A DNA stretch of 64,000 bases from Amoebophrya sp. A120 (lineage: Eukaryota > Protista > Dinoflagellata). Position numbers and translations under genes: made by a program. The notes under the pieces were generated by a model. The model did not search any database. It was not told the origin of the DNA and worked only from the letters and a program-made list of their open reading frames with translations. Of this stretch, positions 23,846-37,300 are shown piece after piece. Location: the NCBI GenBank assembly GCA_905178155.1, contig CAJINV010000005.1, forward strand, positions 7,246,989 to 7,310,988, written 5' to 3'. Each line of letters starts with the position of its first letter. The first letter of the stretch is position 1.

Positions 23846-25301
23846 GCAGGAGTTGAATGAAATGAAACACAAGATGAGTTCCGCAAGGTGTTTTGCTGCA
23901 AAAATGTAGTTTATCTCTAAAAATATTACATCCGATTTTTACGACCATTTTTCTACGAAGACAAAACTAACAGAAACAGGAACTAAAATCTGATTTTGAA
24001 CCTGGAACGACCCCTGATGATAGTAAATTCATTTACTTTACAACTCCGGAGCCACTTTTTCAAAGGAAAGCGGTCGGGTGTGGTGAAATAAGAGGAAAGA
24101 TGATTAAAGACTCGGCCGTTTTTCAATGGCACGACCACGAACATGATTTCAGTATCGCGTTTGCAGTTTAGTACCTTTTCTACCTCACGTTTTGTCAGGA
24201 CATGGTCTCCACCCTACTTTCCTGCCTGCTGTGCACGACTCGGGTCAGATCCAGTAGATCCTGAACGAGTGACACCGACCAATAAATAAAGTGGTGCGAA
24301 TGCGAAGTAAATGCTGATAATCTTCTCCGACGCCCTTTATTACTTCTAAGGTATTGCTCAACGTTTTCATTTTCACACGTGCAAACGTGTGTCCATCGTA
24401 TAATCAGCGAACAAGTTTTAGTTTGTCATGCTGAGGCGCGGCGTCGTTGCTGGGATCGTGGTACTACTATAAATAAATTCTTGTTCGTCATCCACGTGGG
24501 ATGAGTTGCGTTCTGCTGGTGGTCCTACATTTCCTTCGAGATCCTGGCACCAGGAGGAGAAACTGCATTCTGATGTTTCCCTTTGTGAGTACTTATGTTT
24601 TCTGGTGAAATGTACGCTCTGTCTAGCGGGATCCGACACCGACTCAAGAAGAGCCCTGGCTGCACAGCTCAAAAGCAACTACGACTACCGCACCATGAAG
24701 ATGATATAGCATATGACTCGCGCGTTTTTATTCGTACATGAATCCACTTGTGCAGGAGGTGAACATGCCATCCGTAGTATCGGAGAACAGAAGATTTTTA
24801 GAAGATGAAATCGGTCATCGTACACGAATAAATTTATGGCACACGCTGAAGAACAGATAGTGCTAGATTGCCACTTCGTCCTCGTCTCTCTTCGTTCCTT
24901 CGTTCGTGCATCCACACTACTACACAAGGTGAAGTAGTGAAAGACTAAAACGTAGTACCCGGAGAAATCTTGTTGTTCTGTCGTCCTCCCATCTTCACGA
25001 CTTGTTTCTTCCGTCACATTTAGAACTTTCGCAGCGTCTTGCACTCTCCGTTCCTTCTGTAGTACAACTTGTCGTCCTTGTTATTCTCGTAGGCGTGGTG
25101 ACGATCGTAACACATCAAAAGCTGCTGCGACACAACTTTAACTTTAAGTTCGACTCGGACTCGTCTCTTTCGCTAGAATGTTGAAAAGCAGGAGGACAAA
25201 GCAACGTAGGTAAACCACCTTTAGAAAAAAAATCCCGCACGAACTACCCGCAAGTAGAAGCCTAGCTTTCCAGCTGCTGAGCAGATTAAATCTTACTTCG
25301 C

Positions 25302-28300
25302 TTGAAGTCTCAGTTTGTTTCCGTGTCGTCTGGAAATTTTTCTTGTTTCTCCATTGTAGTCCTCGTGGTCACACACATTCTTGCTTCAGTTGTTGCGCTG
25401 TTCCGTGCTCGTAGTGCGGACTACGTACTTCGAGGTTATTCGCCGTTGAGGAGTTGTCAATACCTCTGCTGCAAGTTAATTTCGCACTTTACTCAAAAAC
25501 TCCGAGTCATTAAATTGATAATTTTAACAGTCGCAGGTTGCGAAAACGACCCCAACAGCACGATGTTGACAAAGAAGATAAACATGACGTGCAGCACTCC
25601 AGCGCCTTCATGCCGAGGACATTCTGTTGCAGCGGTGGAGATGAAGGAGGCAGCCGCGGCGCGAGGATCGGAGAGCAAAAGCAAAAGGGTTCGATGGGGC
25701 AGAGGCGAACTCCTGGCAGCTCTCCACCTGGTACTGGGAATCGAGTTGCCGATATGCTAGTGGACAACTACGCACCCGCCTCCTACCCCTGATTTGCCAT
25801 GCAAAATGCCAAAGTCTAGTTTTACCTAACTCTTCCGTTTTCCAGTAGACTACTGGCAAGAATCTGAGTTGCATGAAAAGTTTTACTGCAGGAGGAGCTG
25901 CAGGCTCAATTATAAATAACAGCGGTACCACGTCGACGGGCGTGACTTTGTCATGTAAAAGCTGCATGTTTGCGATAGTCGTAGTTCCTGTTGCTGTAAT
26001 AAATATAAACCCTTCGTCGAGAAATATTAGCGGGGGGCTGGGCGGGCTGGGGGAGCTGTCCACAAGCATAGACGACCCTGTTTCTGATTCCCGTTTCTGC
26101 CGCATTTGGACCATTCCGCAACGGCGCCGACGGGTTATAAATTGCAAAAGTATCGTACTGGTGTGAATTGCATTCACTTATAAATTGGCTCAGCATGACA
26201 AATTGAATTTGTAATGCGAGCAATAAAGGGTTGAAATTGTATTTATTGAATTTGTATTTGTAATGCGCATTTTCCGATACGGATACCTTTAGTTTGGTTT
26301 GGGAAAGCGATCCGTATTAATGCACGACTGCGATTACTAGTACAAGTACGATACAGTTGTTGCACAGGATACGAATTAATCTTCTGCGACCACACATTTG
26401 CGATCAAGAAAACTACGAACGGCGAAGGTGCAGCCATCTCAACATGCAGTGACGACGATGGGGGAGCTGTTGACACAAAATTGTGGCCCGTTCCGGACAA
26501 GGAGACTTGCGAATACGCTGCCAAAGTGTGCACCGCTGAAAGCAAGCTCGGCAATCAGGACTCTTTCACCGCAAGCCTCAGCTTTGACACGCATTGGACA
26601 CGACCCGCCGACGATGCTATTTCGTACTCCCACTGCTACGCGTTCCACGCCGCCACCCCTACCGATGATACCGAAGTAGAGAGGTCCGGGATTCGCTGGG
26701 GCGGAGGCGGTAGCGGACAGGGGGAATCCGGCACCATCACTGCACACGTAGAGCGAATCATTTGCCTGCGCTCTGTTCCCTCAAGGGATGGGCGTGTCAG
26801 TCTCCTACCGCCGTACAAGGAGGCTGACGCTGCGGTCGGCCTCGGCACTCTGAGTATGAATGGGCAATACAATAGAATCCACGCGCAGCTTCAGTCCTGG
26901 CTTTTTTTTCTTTTCCAGTCTACAGAATGTTGCAAATAAGCAGAAAACATCATCGCCCCACGAACTACCCGCGCAGTGGGTTGTCAGACGAAAGTCGCAC
27001 CTATGTTGTACGCACTATCGCCCTGCGACTTTTTTCGCCGCAAGCCCCGGCAACTTTTCTCGCGAAGGTTGCCACGATTTTAGCCTTCGCGGAAGCCGCG
27101 CAGCTACGCTTTAGCTGCGCACCAACAGCTGATGTAATTGCGCTAGGCGCCGACCTTGCTTTTTTGTTTTTCCGTTTTCAGGATGGGGCAAAACCCAAAA
27201 CGCGGCGAGCCATTACAATCCATCGGGGCCGCGCTGTTTTTGTTTTATGGGGGTTCGCACTGTACTTGGTGGGCCGATGCCATCCGCAACTTTCATTATT
27301 TGCGTGGGGCCATACTTACGTAAGCGCCCCGGCTTGAAGTTTCCGCGTGCTTCTATTTTGTCCCTTTATACGACGCGCAAAAACTGGTATCCGAAACGAC
27401 GACGCATTTCCCAATCTTTATGATTCCACAAACAGTGGTGCGTACATACCTATGTCCACTACCGCCAGGTTCGGAGATTTATATTTTAAGGATGTGTTGA
27501 GCGTCAGCTCCTTCGGCTCTGGTGAGTCTCACCGAGCCGCAGCAAATGACAAAATAACTGATTACGAAGACGAGGACAACGAAGACGTACCACCGAGTGG
27601 AGATGATTTCGGAGCGGGCATCATGGCGCAATGCCACCCGGGGTTTCACGTTCCTGCAGATGAATGCCGACCCGACATCTTCAGCGATCCGACGAGCGCG
27701 CTCGGGACTCAATTGCCAACCGCATATGCCCGTCCCGACGGTGAAACTTACAAATACACAAACTGCTACTTCAGCAGTGCAGCGGCTAACCGGAACAAGT
27801 TTGTTGCTTTGCTATACAACGAGGCACAAGAGAGCAATATTCTTCCAACATCCGCGGGAACCGCCACGAAGTGGAAGCTGGGGGCCCAGGACCTTCCCCC
27901 AAATCCAGACTGCGAGAGCGACATGACTGTTCACGACGCTGCCGGTTCGGGCGCGGCGTATCTCCACTTTTCCACGTGTCCGCTCGTGACAGACCCAAAC
28001 GCTATTGTTGCTGCCAAGGATAACCAATGGGTGATCAATTATCTGCTGCAATTTGTTAAAGTGCTGCGCGTTGGTCATCGTGTTTGCGGGGATCATATCA
28101 TGGAATAGAAAATGGCATGAGCAGAACTGAAGACTGATACGCGAGGAAGCATTTTCTTTATATATATTCTTGGGCTCCCCGTGTCGGTGTCCTCGGCGTA
28201 TTGAAATTGATTACGTAATATTATCAAGAAGCATTTGCTTCATGGGCTTGTGGCTGGGCCAGGGGGGAAATTCATAGTTCTACTGGATACGTGCTTTAAT

Positions 28301-31300
28301 ACTGGATTTTTGGTGTCGTGTGATCAGTTCTCAAGAATGCTGTGTATTGCACTTTCGCACCACCTCAGAACTACCCCCGGAGAGGCGCTCTTCCCAGAGC
28401 AGTTCCTGGTTGTAGGGTCAGCCACTACCGCTTCGAGTGGCTGTCCCGAGGGGGCTGTAGATGGTACAGCATCTTAGTGGTGGGCTGCCTTTTAGTTCCC
28501 GCGGGCACGACCTTGTTGTTGCCCGCCGGTGCCCCTCTCATCAACCTCTTGCTCCGCGTCATTAACTCAGCATCCACGACAAGCTGCAAAAGATAAAGAA
28601 TAAGAATCCACATCAAGCGCGCAGGACGAGCAGCAGGGGGCAGATCAACCAGAGTACAGCAATTTTACCAGCAGGGCCAACCTGTTAAAGATATGTTCAT
28701 GCTGAGCTCTGTGCTAGCAAGCAGGTCAGTGAGAATAAGTACACCCGCCACTGCAGGTGTCGCAATGGTCGTCTTGCCCCGGCTTTGCCCGCGAAGGAAG
28801 CGGAGCATGCGCCGCGTTCACTTGCGCGCGATTTTTAGCAAGCGCCGGTGGGATGTGCTCTTAGTGGATCTACTGGCGCTGTAGGATGGAGAATCTGGTG
28901 GAATAGACCGCACCTTCGCGCTAAGCAACAATACAATTTCGACTGTGACTCGCACATCGAAAAAAGCATATCTGAAGAGGGATGCCGGCGCCCCTGCAGC
29001 CACCTTTTCCTTTTCCGCCATAGCCCCGGCGCGCACGCAAAAAATTAGATAGAAGAACGCCCCTGCGTGGCGTGTTTAGAAAAAGTAAATAAAACCACCA
29101 CGACAACGCCGCCTGCCCTGGTGCCCGAACCCCAAACCATTTTTCCTTGTTGACCAGAAAAGCGCGCGCTCTTTCAATTTGCATAAAAGCAACGTAGCCC
29201 CTGTTTCCCTCGTGGAGCCCAGTAAGTACCTCCCTCTCTGCCGCACAAGCCGCGCGGCGGGCCCCGCATTCGAAATCCTGCACGCCGAAGCCACCTGCTC
29301 GGCCGGGTTTCACGTTGCGGGAACGTCGTGCAAGGGTGTTGGACTGCAGGACGACTTACTAGTGCAGTCCGATAAGGGTGACACAAATGGCAATCCGAAA
29401 TACGCCAAACAGTTCACAAACCTGGTGTATCCCGGCTTGGCTGATATAGGATCGAGCGCCGCTTCTTTCAGTCTGCTTGTATCGGTCGGGGGCGAAGCCA
29501 CGAGTTTGGGTGATTTGACTGCAAGACCGCTTGGAGCCGCAATTTTCGTCGAGCCGCTTGTAAGTGGCGCCAATGCCGCTCCCCCTCTTGCGACGCACTC
29601 GGCCAGCTATGGGCTCCGCCTTGCCAACATTCCGGGAGGAGCCGCGTCCGGCGCCACTGCGGCAGACGCCCTTACACCGGAGACGCCGACGGCGTGGCAG
29701 AACGGGCACGTATCTGCCGCAGACATTGCGGTTGCTACAGCTTCTACTGCGACAGCGGGGCAGGCTCAAGGTGAAGCCATAAAGGTAAGTGGCTATGGCT
29801 GTGTCAGCAACTTACAGACAACCACGACACAAACCACGACAACGTCAGGCGATTTCGACTTCTACCCGACCGACAGCTTCGTCTTTGCCTACAATCGTGC
29901 CAAGGCGACTGCACGAACTCCGTTGTACCACGATGGCTACACGTCCAATTCTATCCTGCGGGAGAACTATTTATACGCCCTCTCCATCACCTGATATGTA
30001 TATTCGCCATGCAAGCCTGGCAAGAATGAAGTTGCATTCTGACCAACACATCTGGCGATGCGTATCCCGCCAAGGCTTCTGGGGGTTTCTTTTAGTCAAG
30101 CAGCCCCGGGGCTTGAGGCTGCTTCTTGGCCATCAAATCGCGTATACTATACATAGTGTGTTTCTGGAAAGTTATCTCCGTGATGCGGGTAGATCATCAG
30201 CAGGAAACTATCTTGACTACACTTTGGCAACAGGCAGGGAGGAGAACTTCACTGCGCGGCCTCGCAATACTTGTATGTTGACTTGCAACCTTGTATGACT
30301 GAAACTACTTCTTTTTCTTAGCGCAGATCCTGACTGGGGGCGGGGGCGTTTTTACTCAGGATAGGGACCCGCTTGCCGGATGCGTTCAACGTCTGCCTCC
30401 GCGCGCAGGTTTGCGAGTCCGGCGCGTACGAAATTCTTCCTCCTGGGCGTCCGTGCGCCCTGGGGTTCGCGCTGGAAGTGGACCCTCCCACGGGAGGCGT
30501 ATCAAATGCAAAAATGTCTCGGTCTGGAAACTTGTGATGCTGCGTTGGGAATAGGGAATGCTCTGTAATCAATGCACAGCCAAGCATGAGAAACATCTGC
30601 GCTTCTTTGCGTAGCGTTTTTCGCATGACAAACTGCGTTTTTGCATGACAGGCAAAAGGGTCTCGTCTTGGACACGCATCACAAGCTTTTTGGTCATCCC
30701 GGACAAGCATGACAAACCTCGCAGTCTTCCAGACCTAGACACTTTTGCATTTGATAAAGCGCCGCGGCGGTGATTGTGTCCGACGTCCTCACCAGTTGCG
30801 GCACTGCCTTGTATGACGAAGTATCCGGCCGAATGTCGGTGCTCGAAGGTGTGGAGTACCAAATGCAAATAATGCGACAGGGTCAGGGACCATGAACATG
30901 AAGCCTTGATGTGTGCTTCTAATGGTGTTGTCCTCGCATTCTCCGACGCCTTGTTGAAGGTTTACGTTGATTTTAATTCGCTGGCAGAGAATCATTTATT
31001 GTGTCGCGGATTAGCATAATATTGTGACCACGGGATTTGCCTTTTACAGAAGTCTGTCAGGCTTTTTGCCATTCCGCGAGCTGCTGCATGCAGTGCGACT
31101 ACATAGACTAACGCACTAGCTGTTCGTATTCTCATTCTGAGAATCCGACGCCAGCGTCTTTTACCGTGGCGGCAGGGCAACTACAATTGCACTTGTGGCA
31201 GAACGTTTTCCCTGGCCCTGACAGGTTTTCCGTGCATATTGAAATGCCCACAGACAGCGAACTAGCCATATCAAATGCAAAAATGTCTGGGTCTGGAAGG

Positions 31301-34300
31301 TTGGAACTTGCGATGCTAACCCTGGACTCTAAAAAAATCTGTATTGCATGACCAGCAAGAGATGTCTCGTCTGTGCTATGCGGGGAGGGCATTTGTCATG
31401 CTGGGTAGGCATCAGGAAGCCCTCTAAAAATCTGTGATGCTAGGTCGTGCGTTACAGACATCCTGGGTCATGCAAAATATGCATGACAAACCCGGCAACA
31501 TTCCAGACCCAGACACTTTTGCAGTTGATAAGCCACAGCAGGTCTCCCATTCCAGCTGCGGGTTGACGCGCGTACAAACAAGATTATTTTTCGCCGACCC
31601 ATCTCGTCTAGCGGAGAGAAAGACTATTTGCCGGTCGTGCCGCTCTACCAACACGCCATCTGCCACCGCGTGCAACTATCGCGCCAGAACATGTTAGCGT
31701 TAGCGCACTTTGCAATTATGCTCGCTGTCCGTGAATTAGGCAAAATTCAAATTGATCTGAGTTGGGATTTCACAGCGCCCAAGGCGGCCATGATCGTGGT
31801 TGTTTGTCTTGCTCTTGCAAGTAGAATGTGGTGCGTAAATAAAGTCGCTGACGCTAACAAACACTTTTGCACTCAATAGCAAGCCTGCCAAGGGACAACC
31901 ACTGCTGGCCTTCCGCTGGAAGTCTTTCTACGCATTGCAAATATGTTTGGGTCTCGAAAGTTGTGATGCGGATGAATGCTGACTGACTGGAGTACTTGGA
32001 TTTGGAGTCTCAGCCGAGAGTGGCAAACCTTTGGGCCGCTCCCTCGAACGCAGTTTGCCTTGCAAATTGCGTTTTTGCATTTACAAAACTTGCTGCGATT
32101 TTGTCGGTCGGGCAAGATAATTGATTCTTTACAGAAGATAAAGACTTCAAGACAAGCATGGCAAGTTTATTCATTTTTCCAGACTCAGACATGTTTGCAA
32201 TTGATATGCTCCCCCAGGCAGCGACTGCCTCCACGGGTTCCACCTGCACTAACAAATAGAAATGCACACCCGCACGGCAATATTGTGACGGGACGCTTCA
32301 TATGCTGCGTTGAAAGTGCACAGGCATGGACGTCAACGCGCGTTGCCAAGAGCACTGCGGGTCGGCCACTTCGATGGCATACTTGCAATGCGGCGGCATT
32401 TAATGCTGCGAGCGCGGTGGCCCCTAAGCACTACGACTAAGCACTGTGTCTTGCGTAACACAGCCACAGAAGTGGATCCTGTTTTGTCGAATTTCCATGG
32501 AAATCGAAAAAGAGCTGTCTTCTTTACAAAACGAAGAAACGCATTCAACTTCGCGAGTTGCACTTCAACGTATCTATAGTAGTGCCTTCTATGGGTGTGC
32601 TTTTCTATGTGATACGCACAGCCCTGTGCTTAACGGCGCGCAGCCACCAGCCGACACCGTCGCAGTTCTTGAGCGCCAGATTAGCGGCTCGTGTATTCTA
32701 GAGAAAAATCCACCCCGCCCCACAGCATATTTATTAGGGTGGCGCCCCCTGTGCCTGATCCTGATGTGTTTTGAATGAGATGCGGAATGTGCATTTGCAT
32801 CAAGTTAGTCATGTCTTCTTCTCCTGTATGATGGGCAGACGCGAGCTGCGCGAAACATAGCCATGCGGACAACCACTAAAATCGTGCTTTTTTGCCGACG
32901 TCTTCAGGGTCTGACGCGCTTGCCATGCGAGGCTATGGCCGTGCTAGATACCGAAGCATGCGGCCTGTGATGATCCTGAGGCGCCCTGCAATCACCACGA
33001 CCACAGTGGCCATTTATGACAGTGAGACATCGCAACAGGTGGAAGACGTTTTTCTCTGACCTTGGGGAGAGGGCCGGACTTTTCTTTGGCATATCGCGCT
33101 TCGGATATAAGCCCATCAGATTCACGCCGCCGTCAAGTGCCAGCCCTGCAGCAACTACAAAGCCGCTGCTCTTTGGCATTTATTTCGCCGCCGACACGCC
33201 TGCGCCAGCTAGTATCACCACCGCCGCAAATATCCGGGATGAAAATGCCATCGCAATTATTTCCACGACGCCTTTGCACTTTTGTGAATGTGCCATGATG
33301 ATGGTTAAAGCTAAAAGCGCATCGCAGCCAAGCCTTAGTGTGCGTGTTATCGCCTGGTTATTTTCCGTCTCTACAATACTACAAAAGAAGGAGCGCAAAG
33401 TTGCCATTTATACATTGTAAAGCACAGGCACAGCAGAACCGAAGTAAAGCAGCTCCCTCCGGCTACTGTAATTGACTTAGACTCCGCGTAGTGGTTGACT
33501 TTTCACTGCGACATAACAACCTTCCGCAAAGGTGTATATGGTTGCGATGGTCATCTTCTCCCCCTCCATAGCGAATCTTCCGGCGGTGACGTTAAATCCG
33601 GGGAACTCGTACTTGAACTTTGACCAGAACAACGGCAAGCACGCTCGAGTCTGTTATGCGCGTCAGGCACAAACCGTTACACAAGCGGAGTTCCACCGGG
33701 CGGCAGGGCTAAAAGGCTGCGAAACGTACGCCCACCACTTATGCATTGCAAATATGTCTGGGTCTAGAAGGTTGCAACTTGTCATGCTAAACCCGAATCA
33801 TGCAAAAATCTGTGTTGCGTGAGTGCCCAAAGCTGTCCACTTTCGACCAAGTTGGGTAGAGGGAGTTTCTCACGCAGGATAGGCATGGCAGAGACCTCGC
33901 AGAGTCTGTCATGCTAGGTCCCGCATCCCAGACCTCAGGGGTCATGGAGAACCTCCTGCGTGACAACTTTAAGGACAGTCTTCCAGAAACAGACATATTT
34001 GCACTTGATACCACATGCTGGACCCTCGTTTGTGCGGCCAAGCGGCCGGCCTCGCGGCGGGCGGGTCTGCCCGCGTCACGTACTCCGACGTGCTCCCCTT
34101 CGGCTGTTCGTACCTCCCAGCCTACTATGAATTGCAAAAGTATCTTCGCACTCGTATAAATGCATTACAAATTTCCTCAGAAAGAGAAATGGAATTTGTC
34201 ATGCTGATTTGCCTTGGCAACAAGATTTGTAATGCAAGACTTGCATTTATACGAGTACGATACGACTTTTGCACAGGATACCTACGCGGGTGATACGACT

Positions 34301-37300
34301 GTCGCGACACCGCCAGCTGAAGCTGATGTCGTCGTCAACCTGGGGGGCGTCGGCTACCAGAAAAACTACGTGATGCCGCGCACGCTGTCGCACCGCGCGG
34401 AGCGCATCCAGGTCTGCCGAGCTGCCGCGGCGGTGTCGATGGTCGCTCCTGTCACGCAACAGCGCTGCCACTACCTCACAGCGGAGGTAGCCAGCTTCCG
34501 GGCGCGCTTTCCGCAGGGGAGCTACGACTCGGTCAGGCTCCAGCTGGTGAAGTACGATCATGTTCGTACCGGGTTCGCAAACGGAAGGAACGTGTGGGCC
34601 GTCTCGACGTTCGACAAGGAGTTCTTCAGCTCGTCGCGGTTTCGTTCCGATGCAGCGTGCCTGCAGCTGCACGGCTTTCTGGGAAAGGTGGGCAAGCTAA
34701 ACCTCGGAGACGAGGAATTTAGTGCTCGCATTCTTAATGCACGAAACAACGAAGGTCAAATGGGCGAGGGGCTTATTAGCTCTCATATGCCTCGAGGAGT
34801 GAGGGGTGGCGTTGTCGAGATCTTTACTGACCCAACCTGCTCGAAGTCGGGGCACGCGAGGCTCGACGCGGACGAAACAAAAGCGGAAAATGAGAACGGG
34901 AATCCAAACGCAGAAGATCTTGGCACACCCGCAGGCGCAGAAGGGGACACGTTTAGCCTCCGCGCTCCCCCGGAGATTTTCGACACCGCTTGTCTGGACG
35001 ACTTATGCTCTGCAAAAGTATCGCTAGCGCACTCGGATTGATTGCAATCATCATGCATGAAAGATCTGGCTTCTATAAGCAGCTAATTTAATAGCACTAC
35101 AGCTTTCATGTCTGTTTCTGGAAAAATTTGTCATGCTACTTCTACTAGTCGCACTAGTGCGATACTTTTGCAATGCATGCGATTCCATCTGGAGCAACTG
35201 CGACACGACAAACATCTGCTACCAGAAGGTTCACGAATGGCGCATATCCAGGAAAAAACACCCATGATCCCCATCCATTTTCTGCATGACAAGCATTGGA
35301 CTTTATGCATGCTTTGCATGACAAATTGGATGAAGATGGGTGTTTTTTCCTGGATAGCGCACGTCGTCCGACTACAGCAGTTGCAAAGCGAAATTTCCCC
35401 ATCCCACGGCGCGTGGTGCGGGAACCAGCGAATTTCCCTCGTACCTTATTCTGTGTAAAGACGTCCCCGCCCCAGAGTTCTTGTCATGCAAATCTGCATG
35501 CCAAAAAAGTTCGTCATGCGGAGCCCCATGAGAAGCATTTTCTATTCGTATTTGGCAATTTGTGATGCTAGGATCAGCATGATATGCTGGATCTGTGATG
35601 CTTCTGAACTAGCTAATAAACAGGATTCCACTAGTACGAAGACAAACTTGTCATGCGAAACAACCAAAGCTGGCGGATTTGTATAGCAGATTTCGCATCT
35701 GGGGACGTTTTTCCTCAGGATATACCTCACCCAACAGCCGGACGTCCTCACCCGTCTGTTCGCGAAGTACGAGCGGTGTTTATCCTGTGCCAAAGTATCG
35801 TACTAGCATGAATTGCATTACAAATTCGCTCAGCATGATTACAAATTTAGATTTGTAATGCGGATTTTCCTTGGCAACTAGATTTGTATATGCAGAAGTG
35901 CAATTAGTACGAGTGCGGTACTTTTGCAATGCATAGCGGTTGCTGCTCGGCAAGTACGCCTGTTCCGGTGTGAGCAATTCCGAAAATTGCATGTGCGATG
36001 CGGGTATCAAATGCAAAAATGTCTGGGTCTGGAAGATTGGTAGGTTTGTCATGCAGGTTTTCCATGACCCACACGGTCTGCCATGCACGGCCTAGCATGA
36101 CACCAGGTTCTGTGAGATCTCTATCATGCCGCTCCTGCATGAGAAACTTCCTCTACACTTGTTCAAAAGTGGACCTCTTTTGGTAATCATGCACCACAAA
36201 TTTTTCCACGATCCAGATGGCACATGACAAGTTACACTCTTCCAGACCCAGACATATTTGCAATGCATAGCGGGATATGTGGGCGAGATGGGTGCCACGA
36301 GCTTCTCGTGCAAAGCCTGTCCCGCGGGCACGTACCAGCCGATGCTATCCTGTGCAAAAAGGCCCCCACCCCACGGATTTGTAAATGCAAATCTGCATGC
36401 TAAAAATATTTCTCATGCGGAGCGCCATGGGAGGCTTTTTCTAGTCGTGTTTCGGAATAAATTTGTCATGCTCGAACCAGCATGATGTGCCAGATCTGTG
36501 ATGCTGCTGAACTAGCTCAAGAACAGCATTACACTACGAGGCCAAACCTGTCATGCGCAACGACCAGAGCCTGCTGATTTGTCAAGCAGATTTCCCGTCT
36601 GGACTATGGGGTGGGGACGTTGCCAAAAATGATAAATGCGCGGCATGTTTCGCACCGCCACGGACGCTGGAAATGAAGCCACCGTGTCAAAATCCTGCAT
36701 CCCCTGTCCCCCGGGTTCGTACGGACCCCGCGAAGGGCAGGCGGCCTGCATGCTATGGATTGCAAAAATGTCTGGTGCGTCTGGAAGAATGGAAGTCTGT
36801 CATGCTTGTCTGGCATGACTCGACGAGAATTATCTGTGTTGCATAGGCACGAAAATAAATAAGCCATCTTTCTTGTCATCCAAAACCCAGTCTGCCATGC
36901 GGAATTATACGTAAGACATAGAATAGACATCGCAGCCAAAAAATTTGTCATGCATAGCTGCGTAATTGCAGTGCGTCTATCATTCAGTTTTGGCATTACA
37001 AGTTTCCAGACCCAGACATATTTGCAATGCATACATGCAGTGCCCCAACAATCAGCCCCTGACGGCACATTCCGTCTCGACGTCCACGACTACGACAACC
37101 ACTGACGACGATTCGCGGCGCAGGAGGCGGACAGAAGAAGACGACGCGGCGGCGGAGGGAGAGGACGCGGGGACCCCGGAATTGATTGGCGCTGTCAATG
37201 CGGCGAGCTGTATCGCGGTGCCAAGTACAGCAGTAGACGGGAGCACCAGTACCACGGAGGCCACCGTGCTGGACAACTCCGCTGTTGCGATGGTGGTGCT